Assembly: GCA_964527235.1 (NCBI GenBank)
Contig: CAZGNC010000002.1
Location: 82,381 to 146,380 of the forward strand
DNA length: 64,000 bases
DNA from: an uncultured Candidatus Saccharibacteria bacterium
GTDB taxonomy: Bacteria > Patescibacteriota > Minisyncoccia > Phycocordibacterales > UBA9973
Direction: 5' to 3'
Shown here piece after piece: positions 28,590-38,012 of the stretch. The position numbers were made by a program, and so were the translations under genes. The notes under the pieces are model-generated. The model was not told the DNA's origin and searched no databases. It saw only the letters and a list, made by a program, of their open reading frames with translations. How positions within the stretch are numbered: the stretch's first letter is position 1; every line of letters begins with the position of its first letter.

Positions 28590-31025
28590 TTAAAACTGTG
28601 TGTCCCCTGCGTGTTTGTAATCATTGTCATTTACTTTAAACAGAAGACCACAATCTATATCTACGCTTACAGGGAATCCGTTTGCAATATCTCCATAATA
28701 CCAATGAGCATTAACCATAGGCAGGTCAGTGAACCCCGGAGTGCCTAAAGTGTTGCCAAAACCATTTCTGAATGTGAATAGAGATTTTCCTTTATTGTTT
28801 GAGAACTCAGGTCTTATTATGTCGCCATGGCTAAATCCATTTACTATTGGTACATCACAGAAAACTTCTCTTTCAGTTCCAGATGAAGTCATGATTGGTC
28901 CTGGAATTAAGTTCGGTTCTCCCCCGAGATCGCGAGGAATCAAGAAGTAATAGCTCTGTCCTTTCAATGAAGAAATATTTGTTGTGCTTTTAGCTCCACC
29001 TGGTGCAGACCACCCAGCAATGGTTCGCTCTTGTGCGCACTGGTTCTCTAGTAGAAGCAGATTCTGCTTTCTCTCTTTCATTAAATCAAGCTGGCTCCTA
29101 AGGTCTTCGATTCCTGCTGAGTTTGCCACAGAAGCAGCAATAGCATCGTATTGTTTTCTTATATTGATTAGATTCTTTTCTTGAGGTGAGCCAACTGCTG
29201 GCTGGGTGGTTATGGGAGCAAGCATGGCTTCTATAGAATTCAACCTTGTTAACACGGTCATCTTCTCTCGCTTTTTGTCAGTTATTTGCTTGTATTGTTG
29301 GTCGTTAGTGTCTAATTCTTTTATAGCATCTATGTACAATATACTGTTAGGCAACCCAAATCCTCCTTTCTGTGTAGGGGTTATCATCTTTAGATTTATC
29401 CAATCTTTTAGTGCACTTACTGCATATCGTATCTCGCGAATTCCATCTTTAGATGCTCTAACCTTAAGAGGACTGTCATTGGTTGTTTCTGTCATAATTT
29501 TCCCATTTATGACTCTATCTTTTTCTTCATCAAGTCTGGTCTCCCATCCTTTTTCTGGTCCTGGTATGCACATATCTAGTCTCTTAGCTACTGGCCAGAT
29601 TCCATCTAGAACTTCTATTAACCCAGGATTTTGGTTGTTGCTGGTGTTGTTAGATATAAGTTGTAGCTCGAGTGCTGTGTTTGCTATAGCTCCTGGTATG
29701 TAGGTTGCAACTCCCGGAGTCGCACAGTAGCTAGGAGGTGTTGCGTTTGCACAAGTGTTCCCAACATCTTCTTGGGTGACTACCCCTGTTGCTGGGTCTG
29801 TTACTATGGTTTTACCACTGACTTCTTTCTTGAAATCATCAAGTACAATTTCTTGGTCTGGCATTCCGCTCCATGGTGTGTCGCTGTCTGAGCCACCTAG
29901 TGTTTCTCCATAGTAATTAAAGCTGTCATCTGCTGGTGGGTTTACGTGGTTGGATAGTGCTGTCAAACCATCACCTATAAACTTATTTAAAAGAGCATCG
30001 AATATGGTAGCTAGGCTGTTGCCCAGAGCTGCATTTAGAGATGCTTGTTCCTCGGGCTTATTCATTGCTCCTATTATTTTAGAAGCTACGACTGATCCTG
30101 GAGTGGTAGTAGCAAGTCCTTCAGGGCAGGCATATTGCATGTCGAAGTTAGCTCTTGCAGCGTCTACTGCAGATTTGTATAAGGATCTGTATGTTGGGTC
30201 ACTTGCTGCACGTGCCTCATCATAAGGTACTGTGGACGGGTCGAAGCTTGGTTTATTGAAAGGGTTAAGTTGACTTTTGGATGGGTCAGATTTGCAGACT
30301 TGAGGCGACAAGAATCCCTGCCCTTGTTGCAGAGCATCATTTACTTTTTGGGTAGCTGTTCTTGTAGTGCCGTCTAAATTTATCGCTAGTTCTTTCGTCA
30401 CTAACATATCGAATCCGATAGCATTGTTTTGTGGGTATTGGGTGTTCACCAAGAAAGTGTCCCATCCTCCATAGTTGAAGTCTACTCGATATCGCTGTAG
30501 TTCATAGGGGTCATTTGTAATTCTACTCATAGAGTACTCCAGGTTGTCTGAAAGCTGTCTCTTGTAGCTTCCTATGACTCCTAGAAGATAATTTTTACCG
30601 AATGGAAATCGTATAGAGTCATAACCTATGATACTAACTAGGTCTTTTATTTCTGATTTAGCTACATCCTGAAAGAAAGATCCTGGATTTTCTAAGAAAA
30701 GAGGTGCTCCGTGAAAGCCTGTATTTATCCAGTTTACGGTACTCTTGGTCATTTCAGCCAAGGCTTTCCTAGCAACAGCTTTTAATGTTTCTCTCACGAT
30801 AGCTTTAGCTATTTCTTTTAGCTGGGCTGCTGTGCCGGTAACATTCGCTGTTGCGCTTAGTGCGCTTGAAATATTCCCTACTACTCTTTGAATTGCCGCT
30901 ACTGGGTCTACCCATTGTGCTTCAGCCTTTTTGGGAACTGTTAGGAAAATAAAAGACGGTGCAAGAATAAGAACAACAAGTATTGATGAAATGAGTTTTT
31001 GAATTTTTTCTTTTTTAAAAGTCAT
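28590..31025 (-). CDS. Large (811 aa) membrane-anchored secreted protein, hypothetical (surface or adhesin-like)
   Basis: N-terminal TM/signal (ILVVLILAPSFIFLTVPKKAEA), then a long extracytoplasmic domain without recognisable motifs. Confidence 0.6.
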   Translation of the reverse strand: MTFKKEKIQKLISSILVVLILAPSFIFLTVPKKAEAQWVDPVAAIQRVVGNISSALSATANVTGTAAQLKEIAKAIVRETLKAVARKALAEMTKSTVNWINTGFHGAPLFLENPGSFFQDVAKSEIKDLVSIIGYDSIRFPFGKNYLLGVIGSYKRQLSDNLEYSMSRITNDPYELQRYRVDFNYGGWDTFLVNTQYPQNNAIGFDMLVTKELAINLDGTTRTATQKVNDALQQGQGFLSPQVCKSDPSKSQLNPFNKPSFDPSTVPYDEARAASDPTYRSLYKSAVDAARANFDMQYACPEGLATTTPGSVVASKIIGAMNKPEEQASLNAALGNSLATIFDALLNKFIGDGLTALSNHVNPPADDSFNYYGETLGGSDSDTPWSGMPDQEIVLDDFKKEVSGKTIVTDPATGVVTQEDVGNTCANATPPSYCATPGVATYIPGAIANTALELQLISNNTSNNQNPGLIEVLDGIWPVAKRLDMCIPGPEKGWETRLDEEKDRVINGKIMTETTNDSPLKVRASKDGIREIRYAVSALKDWINLKMITPTQKGGFGLPNSILYIDAIKELDTNDQQYKQITDKKREKMTVLTRLNSIEAMLAPITTQPAVGSPQEKNLINIRKQYDAIAASVANSAGIEDLRSQLDLMKERKQNLLLLENQCAQERTIAGWSAPGGAKSTTNISSLKGQSYYFLIPRDLGGEPNLIPGPIMTSSGTEREVFCDVPIVNGFSHGDIIRPEFSNNKGKSLFTFRNGFGNTLGTPGFTDLPMVNAHWYYGDIANGFPVSVDIDCGLLFKVNDNDYKHAGDTQF

Positions 31026-31055
31026 TATCTTGTTCTTTATTATATAATTTACTTT

Positions 31056-31928
31056 CTAGTTATTCAATTTTTTTACCAAGAAATCAGCTAATTTATCCAA
31101 TGCAGATTGTAATAAGTCGCTATTTTCTTCGTATTTACTGATTGCCCCCATTGCAACTATGGGGTCTACCTCAAAAAGTTGTATGTCAGATATATTTTCT
31201 ACTACTCTTTGTAAGGCATTTATCATGTCTAGATGTAGCTGAGCTAAATCCTTCGGGACCGTCATGTTCTTGAAGTCATTTATTGATGAGGACTTCTGTT
31301 TTATTATCGGGTCTAATTTTATGAGGGCCTCGGCGTTTACATTTTCACCGTCATTTACGAATTCTTTTAATATATCAAGTACATTTACTGAAACAGGGTA
31401 CTTTTTGTTGATATTATCTATGGCTGTGACATATGTTTGGATGGCTGTAGGGCTGTTGTCTAGGCTAGTTTTGATATCAGATGCCAAGAAAACCTTTCTT
31501 TGCACCGAGTTTTTTATTTGGCTTGCTAGTGATTCTGTTAGTTTATCGGCACTAGCATCATCTACTTCCCCGGCTTGGTTTAGGGCTACTATAGTAGAAA
31601 ATAGCTCTCTAGAGAATTTATCAGTTTCAGTTAGAACCTCTTCTCCTGTAACAGTGTCTTTGGTGTCGGTGGTGCCTTCTTTTTCTAATTTTAGCTTAGC
31701 TATTTCTGCTCCGTCTTCTTCGCCGTCACCATCAGTGTCTTTCATTGTTGGGCTGGTGCCCCATAGTCCCTCTTCCCAATTCATTACTCCATCTAAGTCC
31801 GTATCTGTGCTTACTAGGTCAGATAGTTTCATGTCTCCTGAATATATTCCCGCACTTTCTCCAGAATTATTGTTGAATATTGTTTTACTTTTTATCAAAA
31901 AAAGCACAAGCAAAACAACTACCGTCAA
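31056..31928 (-). CDS. Membrane-anchored secreted protein with Asp-rich Ca-binding-like repeats
   Basis: N-terminal TM; DTDLDGVMNWEE...DTDGDGEEDGAE resembles thrombospondin-type-3 or dockerin-like Ca-binding loops. Confidence 0.55.
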   Translation of the reverse strand: MTVVVLLVLFLIKSKTIFNNNSGESAGIYSGDMKLSDLVSTDTDLDGVMNWEEGLWGTSPTMKDTDGDGEEDGAEIAKLKLEKEGTTDTKDTVTGEEVLTETDKFSRELFSTIVALNQAGEVDDASADKLTESLASQIKNSVQRKVFLASDIKTSLDNSPTAIQTYVTAIDNINKKYPVSVNVLDILKEFVNDGENVNAEALIKLDPIIKQKSSSINDFKNMTVPKDLAQLHLDMINALQRVVENISDIQLFEVDPIVAMGAISKYEENSDLLQSALDKLADFLVKKLNN

Positions 31929-31983
31929 AACGATTAAAAGAATCCTTTTGTTTTTTAACCAATCTAATTTAATTATCTTTTAA

Positions 31984-32754
31984 TTATAGCACTTGAGATA
32001 GTAGAAGCCAGTCGGAAATGGGTAAATCTTCTGCTCTTTTGTCCCCTATTTTCATTTCTTTCAATTTTTCGCTTGGAATTATGTTTTTCAGGTTGCCACT
32101 GAGCTTCTTTCTCTTGTGCGCGAAGCCCGCGTGGACTATTTTCCAGAAATTTTCTTCATTTGCTTTGCCTTCCTCGAAGGTTTTTCTAGAAATATCGGTG
32201 ATGCTGATAACAGCAGAGTCTACTTTTGGTGCTGGAGAGAAATATCTAGCTTCTACCTTGGTCACTATCTTAGGAACACCATAAGCTTTCACTGACATAG
32301 AAAGGATGCTTTCCTTGTTGTCTCGGGCTACTATCCTTTTAGCCACTTCGTGTTGCACCATAAGCACCATGCGTTCTGGCTGATTGGTTTCAGTTAGGAA
32401 TTTTTTGAGTATTGCGCCAGTTATGTTGTAAGGGATATTGGCGATTATCTTGTAGGACCCTTTGGGTATGAATTCTAAAATATCTTCGTTTTTGAGAATT
32501 AATTTCCCATTAGCTATCTCTTTCTCAAATTTTTCTTTCAAGAATTCAAATAGTTCGAAATCTTTCTCGATGGCAATCACACAACCAGCTTTCTCTAGAA
32601 GTTTTTCTGTTAGGGCTCCCTTCCCTGGTCCGATCTCGAGCACTACGTCTTTCTCTGAGACTTCTCCTGCCTCAATTATTTTATTTAGAGCACTTTCGGA
32701 TTTTAGAAAGTTTTGCCCTAGAGATTTTTTTGCTTTGTGTGTTTGATTTTGCAT
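31984..32754 (-). CDS. rsmA: 16S rRNA (adenine1518/1519-N6)-dimethyltransferase
   Basis: SLGQNFLKS...VLEIGPGKGALT SAM-binding motif; 256 aa. Confidence 0.9.
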   Translation of the reverse strand: MQNQTHKAKKSLGQNFLKSESALNKIIEAGEVSEKDVVLEIGPGKGALTEKLLEKAGCVIAIEKDFELFEFLKEKFEKEIANGKLILKNEDILEFIPKGSYKIIANIPYNITGAILKKFLTETNQPERMVLMVQHEVAKRIVARDNKESILSMSVKAYGVPKIVTKVEARYFSPAPKVDSAVISITDISRKTFEEGKANEENFWKIVHAGFAHKRKKLSGNLKNIIPSEKLKEMKIGDKRAEDLPISDWLLLSQVL

Positions 32755-34709
32755 TATATGTAAATTGTTTTTATTCCACCTTTCTCCCCTTCTTTCTCTA
32801 GTATATCCGCTGGGATGTCAGCTAGAAACTGTGAGGGCGCATTAATTTGTCGAGTGCCGAAGATCGTACGAAAGTTTGCGAAAGATAGGAATAACTTTTC
32901 TTTCGCACGAGTCAGTGCTACATAGAAAAGTCTACGTTCTTCCTCACTATCTTCTTCGTTTTTTGTTTCACCATCGCGTTGGTGCGGGAACAACCCTTCT
33001 TCGAGGCCGACGATGAACACATATTTAAATTCTAGACCTTTCGATGCATGCACTGTCATTAATTTTATACCATTCTTCTTTTCTTTTTTTACACCACCGC
33101 GTTCTTCTTCGGTCATTATGCTGTCTTGATCTGAGGCCAAAGAAGCGTCTTCTAGGAGCTTTTCTACCCCTAGGCCGTTTACTAGGTTGTCGTATTTTAA
33201 TGCGATGGTTGCTAGCTCTTTTATGTTTTCGAGTCTTTCTAGGTCCTCATCTCCCCCATTTCTAAGTTCGTCTTCTATGCCTGACTTTTTAACTGTAAAC
33301 TTTATAACTTCACTTGCGCTTTCTGTCTGAATTTTGTTTTTTATTTCTTCTAGAAGTTCGTAGAAGCTTTTGATTTTTAGTTTTGTTTTTATTGGCAGGC
33401 TTTCTATTTCTCCAGCAAAAAGTTTCGCCAATGTGGCTTTGCCTATTCCGCGAGTTGGAAAGTTTATAATTCTTTTTATTTCAGACAGGCTGTCTTGGTT
33501 TAGTGCTGCACGTAGGTACGCCAGAGTGTCTTTGATTTCTTTTCTTTCGAAGAATTTAGTACCTAAGACTTGATAAGGCACACTGTAGCGGATCATCGCT
33601 TCTTCTAGGGCTCTCGACTGAAAGTTGGTGCGATAAAGTACTGCGATTTCAGAGAGTACGTCTTTTTCTTTATCCAATATTTCTAAAATTTTTGTTGCGA
33701 CAAATTCGGCTTCATCGTTTTCTTCTAGAGCTTCATATAGGCCGATTTTATCCCCTGTTGTGTTCTTGGTGAACAGATTTTTGTCAGGGCGATATTTATT
33801 TTTCTTGATTACCTCGTTCGCTGCTTCTAGTATGTTTTGAGTTGAGCGATAATTTTGTTCAAGCATTACAACTTTTGCATTTGGATAATCCTTCTCAAAA
33901 CTTAAAATGTTTTTCAAGTTTGCTCCGCGCCAAGAATAAATATTTTGATCAGCATCGCCCACCACACATATGTTTTTATGTTTCTCACTAAGTAGGCGTG
34001 ACATTAGATACTGCACTTCGTTTGTGTCCTGATACTCATCTATGTGAATATATTCCCAACGTGACTGATAGTTGGTTCGTATGTTCTCGTTTTCTTTCAA
34101 TAATTTTGTAGCTTTTAAAAGCAAATCGTCGAAATCCAGCGAGTTTTCTTTGGCCTTCTTGGTCTCATATATAGCCCATACCTTGGCCACTAATTCTTGA
34201 AAAGAACTTCTAACTTTCTCGCGGAATCTATCTAAGGTAACGAAATTACCCTTTTCTATGCTTATTATTCCTTTAACCTGGCCTGGAGAGTATTGTTTGG
34301 GGTCATAGCCCAGCTCCTTTATGGTTTCTTTTATGATGCTTTTTGCATCACCCTCGTCTAGGATGGTGAAATACCTTGTTAATCCTAGCTCGCGCGCGTT
34401 TTCCTTTATAATATGGACCCCAAGAGAGTGAAAAGTACTAACAAAAGGGGTGGTGTTCTGCTCTGGGGCGTTTCTGGCTATTTCTGTGCTGATGCGTTCA
34501 CGCATTTCTTTAGCAGCTTTGTTGGTGAAAGTTACTGCTAGGATGTTCTCTGGGGCAACGCCTTCTTTGATAAGATTTATAATTCGGTGAGTGATAGTCT
34601 TGGTTTTCCCTGCCCCAGCTCCTGCCACAACCAAAAGCGGCCCCTTGGTGTGAGTAGCCGCTTCTAGTTGCTTTTCATTGAGACCTGCAAGGTGTTGCAT
34701 GTCTTTCAA
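32754..34709 (-). CDS. pcrA: ATP-dependent DNA helicase PcrA/UvrD family (compact, 651 aa)
   Basis: Motif I VVAGAGAGKTKT plus the UvrD motifs through the C-terminal region (...VHASKGLEF...). Confidence 0.9.
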   Translation of the reverse strand: MKDMQHLAGLNEKQLEAATHTKGPLLVVAGAGAGKTKTITHRIINLIKEGVAPENILAVTFTNKAAKEMRERISTEIARNAPEQNTTPFVSTFHSLGVHIIKENARELGLTRYFTILDEGDAKSIIKETIKELGYDPKQYSPGQVKGIISIEKGNFVTLDRFREKVRSSFQELVAKVWAIYETKKAKENSLDFDDLLLKATKLLKENENIRTNYQSRWEYIHIDEYQDTNEVQYLMSRLLSEKHKNICVVGDADQNIYSWRGANLKNILSFEKDYPNAKVVMLEQNYRSTQNILEAANEVIKKNKYRPDKNLFTKNTTGDKIGLYEALEENDEAEFVATKILEILDKEKDVLSEIAVLYRTNFQSRALEEAMIRYSVPYQVLGTKFFERKEIKDTLAYLRAALNQDSLSEIKRIINFPTRGIGKATLAKLFAGEIESLPIKTKLKIKSFYELLEEIKNKIQTESASEVIKFTVKKSGIEDELRNGGDEDLERLENIKELATIALKYDNLVNGLGVEKLLEDASLASDQDSIMTEEERGGVKKEKKNGIKLMTVHASKGLEFKYVFIVGLEEGLFPHQRDGETKNEEDSEEERRLFYVALTRAKEKLFLSFANFRTIFGTRQINAPSQFLADIPADILEKEGEKGGIKTIYI

Positions 34710-34723
34710 TATAACATAATTTT

Positions 34724-37700
34724 CTATAATTTTACTTTATCTAGCTGACCCATTTGAGCTACCCTTAGCAAGGCACGATTGATATAGTCCTCTGTGCTTT
34801 CATTTCGGCCGAAAAAGAATAGGGATTTACCTTTTGGCTCTAGGCCAGTAAGTTCGCGAAGTTTCAGAACATAGGCACTTAGTTTGCTGATAGATTCATT
34901 TCCCGCAGAACTTGTTGTGCTTTCTATTAGATCTTGAGCAGGGGTTTCCTTCAACATGACTTGCATTTGATCCAATACTTCTTCTGGGAACATTGTTTCA
35001 AGGTTGTGTTGGTTTACTTGCATAGCTTGCGCGCTTAGCATTTCTACTGTGACTGATTGATTTAATCCCTCCATTTGCATCTCTGCTATTACATTTCCAT
35101 TTCCTAGTTGAGTAATTTTTGTAGGTATAGGCTTTACTCCATCTGGACCATAGTACACATTTTGTTCTAAGCCAGGGGCATCTCCTGTCGGTAGATTTTC
35201 AGGTGCTTGGCCTACTCCAGATGTACTCGATTTTGCCATTATCTCGTCTGGGATTTTAATCCTTGTGTCAGTGTCCGGAGTCATGTCTCGGACTTCTAAA
35301 GGCTTAGCCAAATGAGCATCAATTTTAGCCCTCAAGCTTTCCATTGTTTCTTGGTTTGATAAAGTTGAGCCAACTGGTTGATCTGGAGTGAGTTGAGCAT
35401 TCTTAACTAAGTCACTTTCAGCAAAATTGCCAATTTTCTCACTGGTTATACCGTCATGACCGATTATGCCTGTACCAGCACCATCTAGACCTTTATCCAT
35501 TCCTTCTGCGTGCATTATCTCAAGCCACCTGTTGTTGCTTATGTTGCCGATGTTGGACATTGCCGCCCCTTTGCCCTGAAGAGTGCCTGATTCCCATAGC
35601 CCACCAGCATGAGTCTGGAGTTTATCCAGCATTTGATTAAAAGCAGTGTGGTCCTTTACTTCCAAGATCCCATCTTTAAAAGATACAGCCTTACCGAAAT
35701 CTTCTGCACTTATTCCGGCTACCCCCTTGCCTTCTGTTAGGCGAACTAGGTTTGCAGCCATATTTAGGCTCTTTGTTGCAAATTCTTCGCTTATGTTGCC
35801 ATCAGCAGGTATAGCCATGCGATTTGCCGCAATGGCGTTAAAAGCCGTCTCGAGATTCTTCGGAACTCCATTTTCTCCAAGCTTGATTGAAAAATCTGAA
35901 GTTATTTCGTGGGTAGAAGATGGCATTACTGGAACCTGTGGAGGAACTGCTTCCACAGGAATATTTGGTTTTACGATGCTACTTATATCTGGTTTAGTTG
36001 CTAAAGAATCTTGCGCATTGTGTGTTAGAGAGTCTACGTGTGTGGAATCAGGCTTTGCTCCTAGTGCTCTTATGGCTGCGTCGGCTTTTTCTTTTGCTAG
36101 AGTATCAACGGCTACTGAGTCTTTCGGCATCCCTGGCATAGAATCAGTCCTTATCGAGTCGTGAGTTACTTTTTGAATTGTATCACCCTGGGTGTTTAAT
36201 TGAGCTCTGTCTATTACCCCTGCTTTCGGTAGTGAGCCTGCTGGTGTTTTCTCCGCAGCATGTTCAGCTCCTCCACCCCACCATCCTAATTGGTGTCCCA
36301 CATCTTTAATCCAGTAACCAGCTTCGGCCACAATCATGCCGTACATAGCCCCTTTCAGCGTATTTTTTATTATAAATTTTTTCTGCTTTTCTGAAATTTT
36401 CTTTTCTATTTTATCACCTTGTGAGGAAATCAGATTGCCTATTTTTTTTGCCAGCTCCTCATCTCTTTTTTCTAATTCAGTTAAAGCAATTGATGAATTT
36501 AAGTTCTCTAGAAACTCAACTTGATTTACTAAAACAGAAGACTGGTCTCCAAAGTTTATTTGACCAACACTCACTTCTCCTCTACAGTGTTCAACTAGGG
36601 CTGATAACTTTGCCATTATTTTCTCTTTCTTTTCTGGATCTTGTTCAGCTTCAGCCTTTTCTCGCATTTTATGTAAACCTTTGCTTAACAAAGTTATATC
36701 CACAACTCTACTTTTTTCTGCGCTGGTATCTTTTTTGCCTCGTCTTGCATCTTTGGCTCTTTTTGCTAATTCTTCTTTTGCTTTTACATTTCCCCTCCAG
36801 GCACCCAACACTGCACCTATTCCTGCGGTTGTTCCTGCACCCATGATGCCTGCTGCAGCAGCTAGCTGTCTTGCCACGATACCAGTTCCCAAGATGCCCG
36901 TATATTGACCTCCTCCTCCTGTCAGCAATCTCTTTATTCCTTTAGCTGATTCTTTCCCCGTTGGTGTTTCTGCGAGGCTAGCAAATTCTTTCTCTACTTC
37001 TGGGTGAGTGTAGAGTAATTGGTCAAACTTTATTGCGTTATCCATCTGCATTGATTTAACCACAGCTTCCTGTTCCCCCATATTTCTGGCATCTAGTTTT
37101 AGGATTCTTTCTCTTATTGCTTGGTATTCAGCGCGGGCTTTCTCGTATTTTTTTCTTCTACTGCTATCTTTTTCTTGACCCCATTCGTATGGCATTTCAC
37201 GGAATTTGTTTGCAGCGGTGTTGAATTCATTGGCTATTTCTCTGCTCATTCCTGTATAAGAATTTGGGTCTGCAAAAATTATTTCTGGCTTACCAGTTTT
37301 TTCATTTATTTTTACTTCTCTGCCACTCGCTTGGCTGGCTAGTCTCTCAAGGTCTGATTTTATTAGCTTCCTCCCTTCTTCAGAGGTTAATAATTCGTCA
37401 AAAACTCTTGCTTCAGCATTTTTGATTCCAACCTCTTTAATTTTGAAAAAGGATTTTAATTTTTGTAAACCTTTTGTATTTATTTTATCTTCGGAATATT
37501 GAGTTTGTCCTTTTTCTCGAACTATATCCACTATGCGTGCCTGAATATTTCGAGTTACCAATAGTTGTCGTGCCTCAGTTAACTTATCAAAATTATCTGG
37601 CAAAAGGTCTTTTATTTTATCTTTGAAGCTTTTGTCTTCTCTCGCTTCTGGCGCCTTGCTTGTATCTGGACTTGGCTGCTCTGGTGGAGTTGTGGGTGTT

Positions 37701-37975
37701 GATTCTGGAGTCGCTGATGCTTCCACGGGGTCAGGAGTTGGCACTGGCGCATCTTCTGCTTTTGGCGGAACTTCTGGCTCCTCCCATGGTTCGAATTTCA
37801 CTTCAGGGTTTCCGGTTTCAGTAGTCCCCTGTGTATTTCCGGCGGTAATTCCTTCTAGGGGCTCCCCATCTTTTTTGCCTTGTTCTGCTTTAGCCTTTAA
37901 AGCCCTTTCCCTTTTCTCTCTTAGTTCCCGTGTTCTTTCTCGTAGTTGTTCCACACTTAGACCTTCTTTAGACAT
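34724..37975 (-). CDS. Very large (1083 aa) hypothetical protein with Pro/Glu-rich N-terminus and two Gly-rich hydrophobic segments
   Basis: GGGGQYTGILGTGIVARQLAAAAGIMGAGTTAGIGAVLGAW and GAMYGMIVAEAGYWIKDVGHQLGWWGGG look like glycine-zipper membrane segments. No catalytic motifs. Confidence 0.65.
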   Translation of the reverse strand: MSKEGLSVEQLRERTRELREKRERALKAKAEQGKKDGEPLEGITAGNTQGTTETGNPEVKFEPWEEPEVPPKAEDAPVPTPDPVEASATPESTPTTPPEQPSPDTSKAPEAREDKSFKDKIKDLLPDNFDKLTEARQLLVTRNIQARIVDIVREKGQTQYSEDKINTKGLQKLKSFFKIKEVGIKNAEARVFDELLTSEEGRKLIKSDLERLASQASGREVKINEKTGKPEIIFADPNSYTGMSREIANEFNTAANKFREMPYEWGQEKDSSRRKKYEKARAEYQAIRERILKLDARNMGEQEAVVKSMQMDNAIKFDQLLYTHPEVEKEFASLAETPTGKESAKGIKRLLTGGGGQYTGILGTGIVARQLAAAAGIMGAGTTAGIGAVLGAWRGNVKAKEELAKRAKDARRGKKDTSAEKSRVVDITLLSKGLHKMREKAEAEQDPEKKEKIMAKLSALVEHCRGEVSVGQINFGDQSSVLVNQVEFLENLNSSIALTELEKRDEELAKKIGNLISSQGDKIEKKISEKQKKFIIKNTLKGAMYGMIVAEAGYWIKDVGHQLGWWGGGAEHAAEKTPAGSLPKAGVIDRAQLNTQGDTIQKVTHDSIRTDSMPGMPKDSVAVDTLAKEKADAAIRALGAKPDSTHVDSLTHNAQDSLATKPDISSIVKPNIPVEAVPPQVPVMPSSTHEITSDFSIKLGENGVPKNLETAFNAIAANRMAIPADGNISEEFATKSLNMAANLVRLTEGKGVAGISAEDFGKAVSFKDGILEVKDHTAFNQMLDKLQTHAGGLWESGTLQGKGAAMSNIGNISNNRWLEIMHAEGMDKGLDGAGTGIIGHDGITSEKIGNFAESDLVKNAQLTPDQPVGSTLSNQETMESLRAKIDAHLAKPLEVRDMTPDTDTRIKIPDEIMAKSSTSGVGQAPENLPTGDAPGLEQNVYYGPDGVKPIPTKITQLGNGNVIAEMQMEGLNQSVTVEMLSAQAMQVNQHNLETMFPEEVLDQMQVMLKETPAQDLIESTTSSAGNESISKLSAYVLKLRELTGLEPKGKSLFFFGRNESTEDYINRALLRVAQMGQLDKVKL

Positions 37976-38012
37976 AAGATTAGATTTAAAATTTATTTTT
38001 AATTATTAATTA

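Noticed and set aside
36336-36908. Plus-strand ORFs with Leu/Phe-rich low-complexity sequence
   Set aside because: Antisense to the 1083-aa minus-strand ORF. Their composition reflects the complementary strand of a Lys/Glu-rich coding region.
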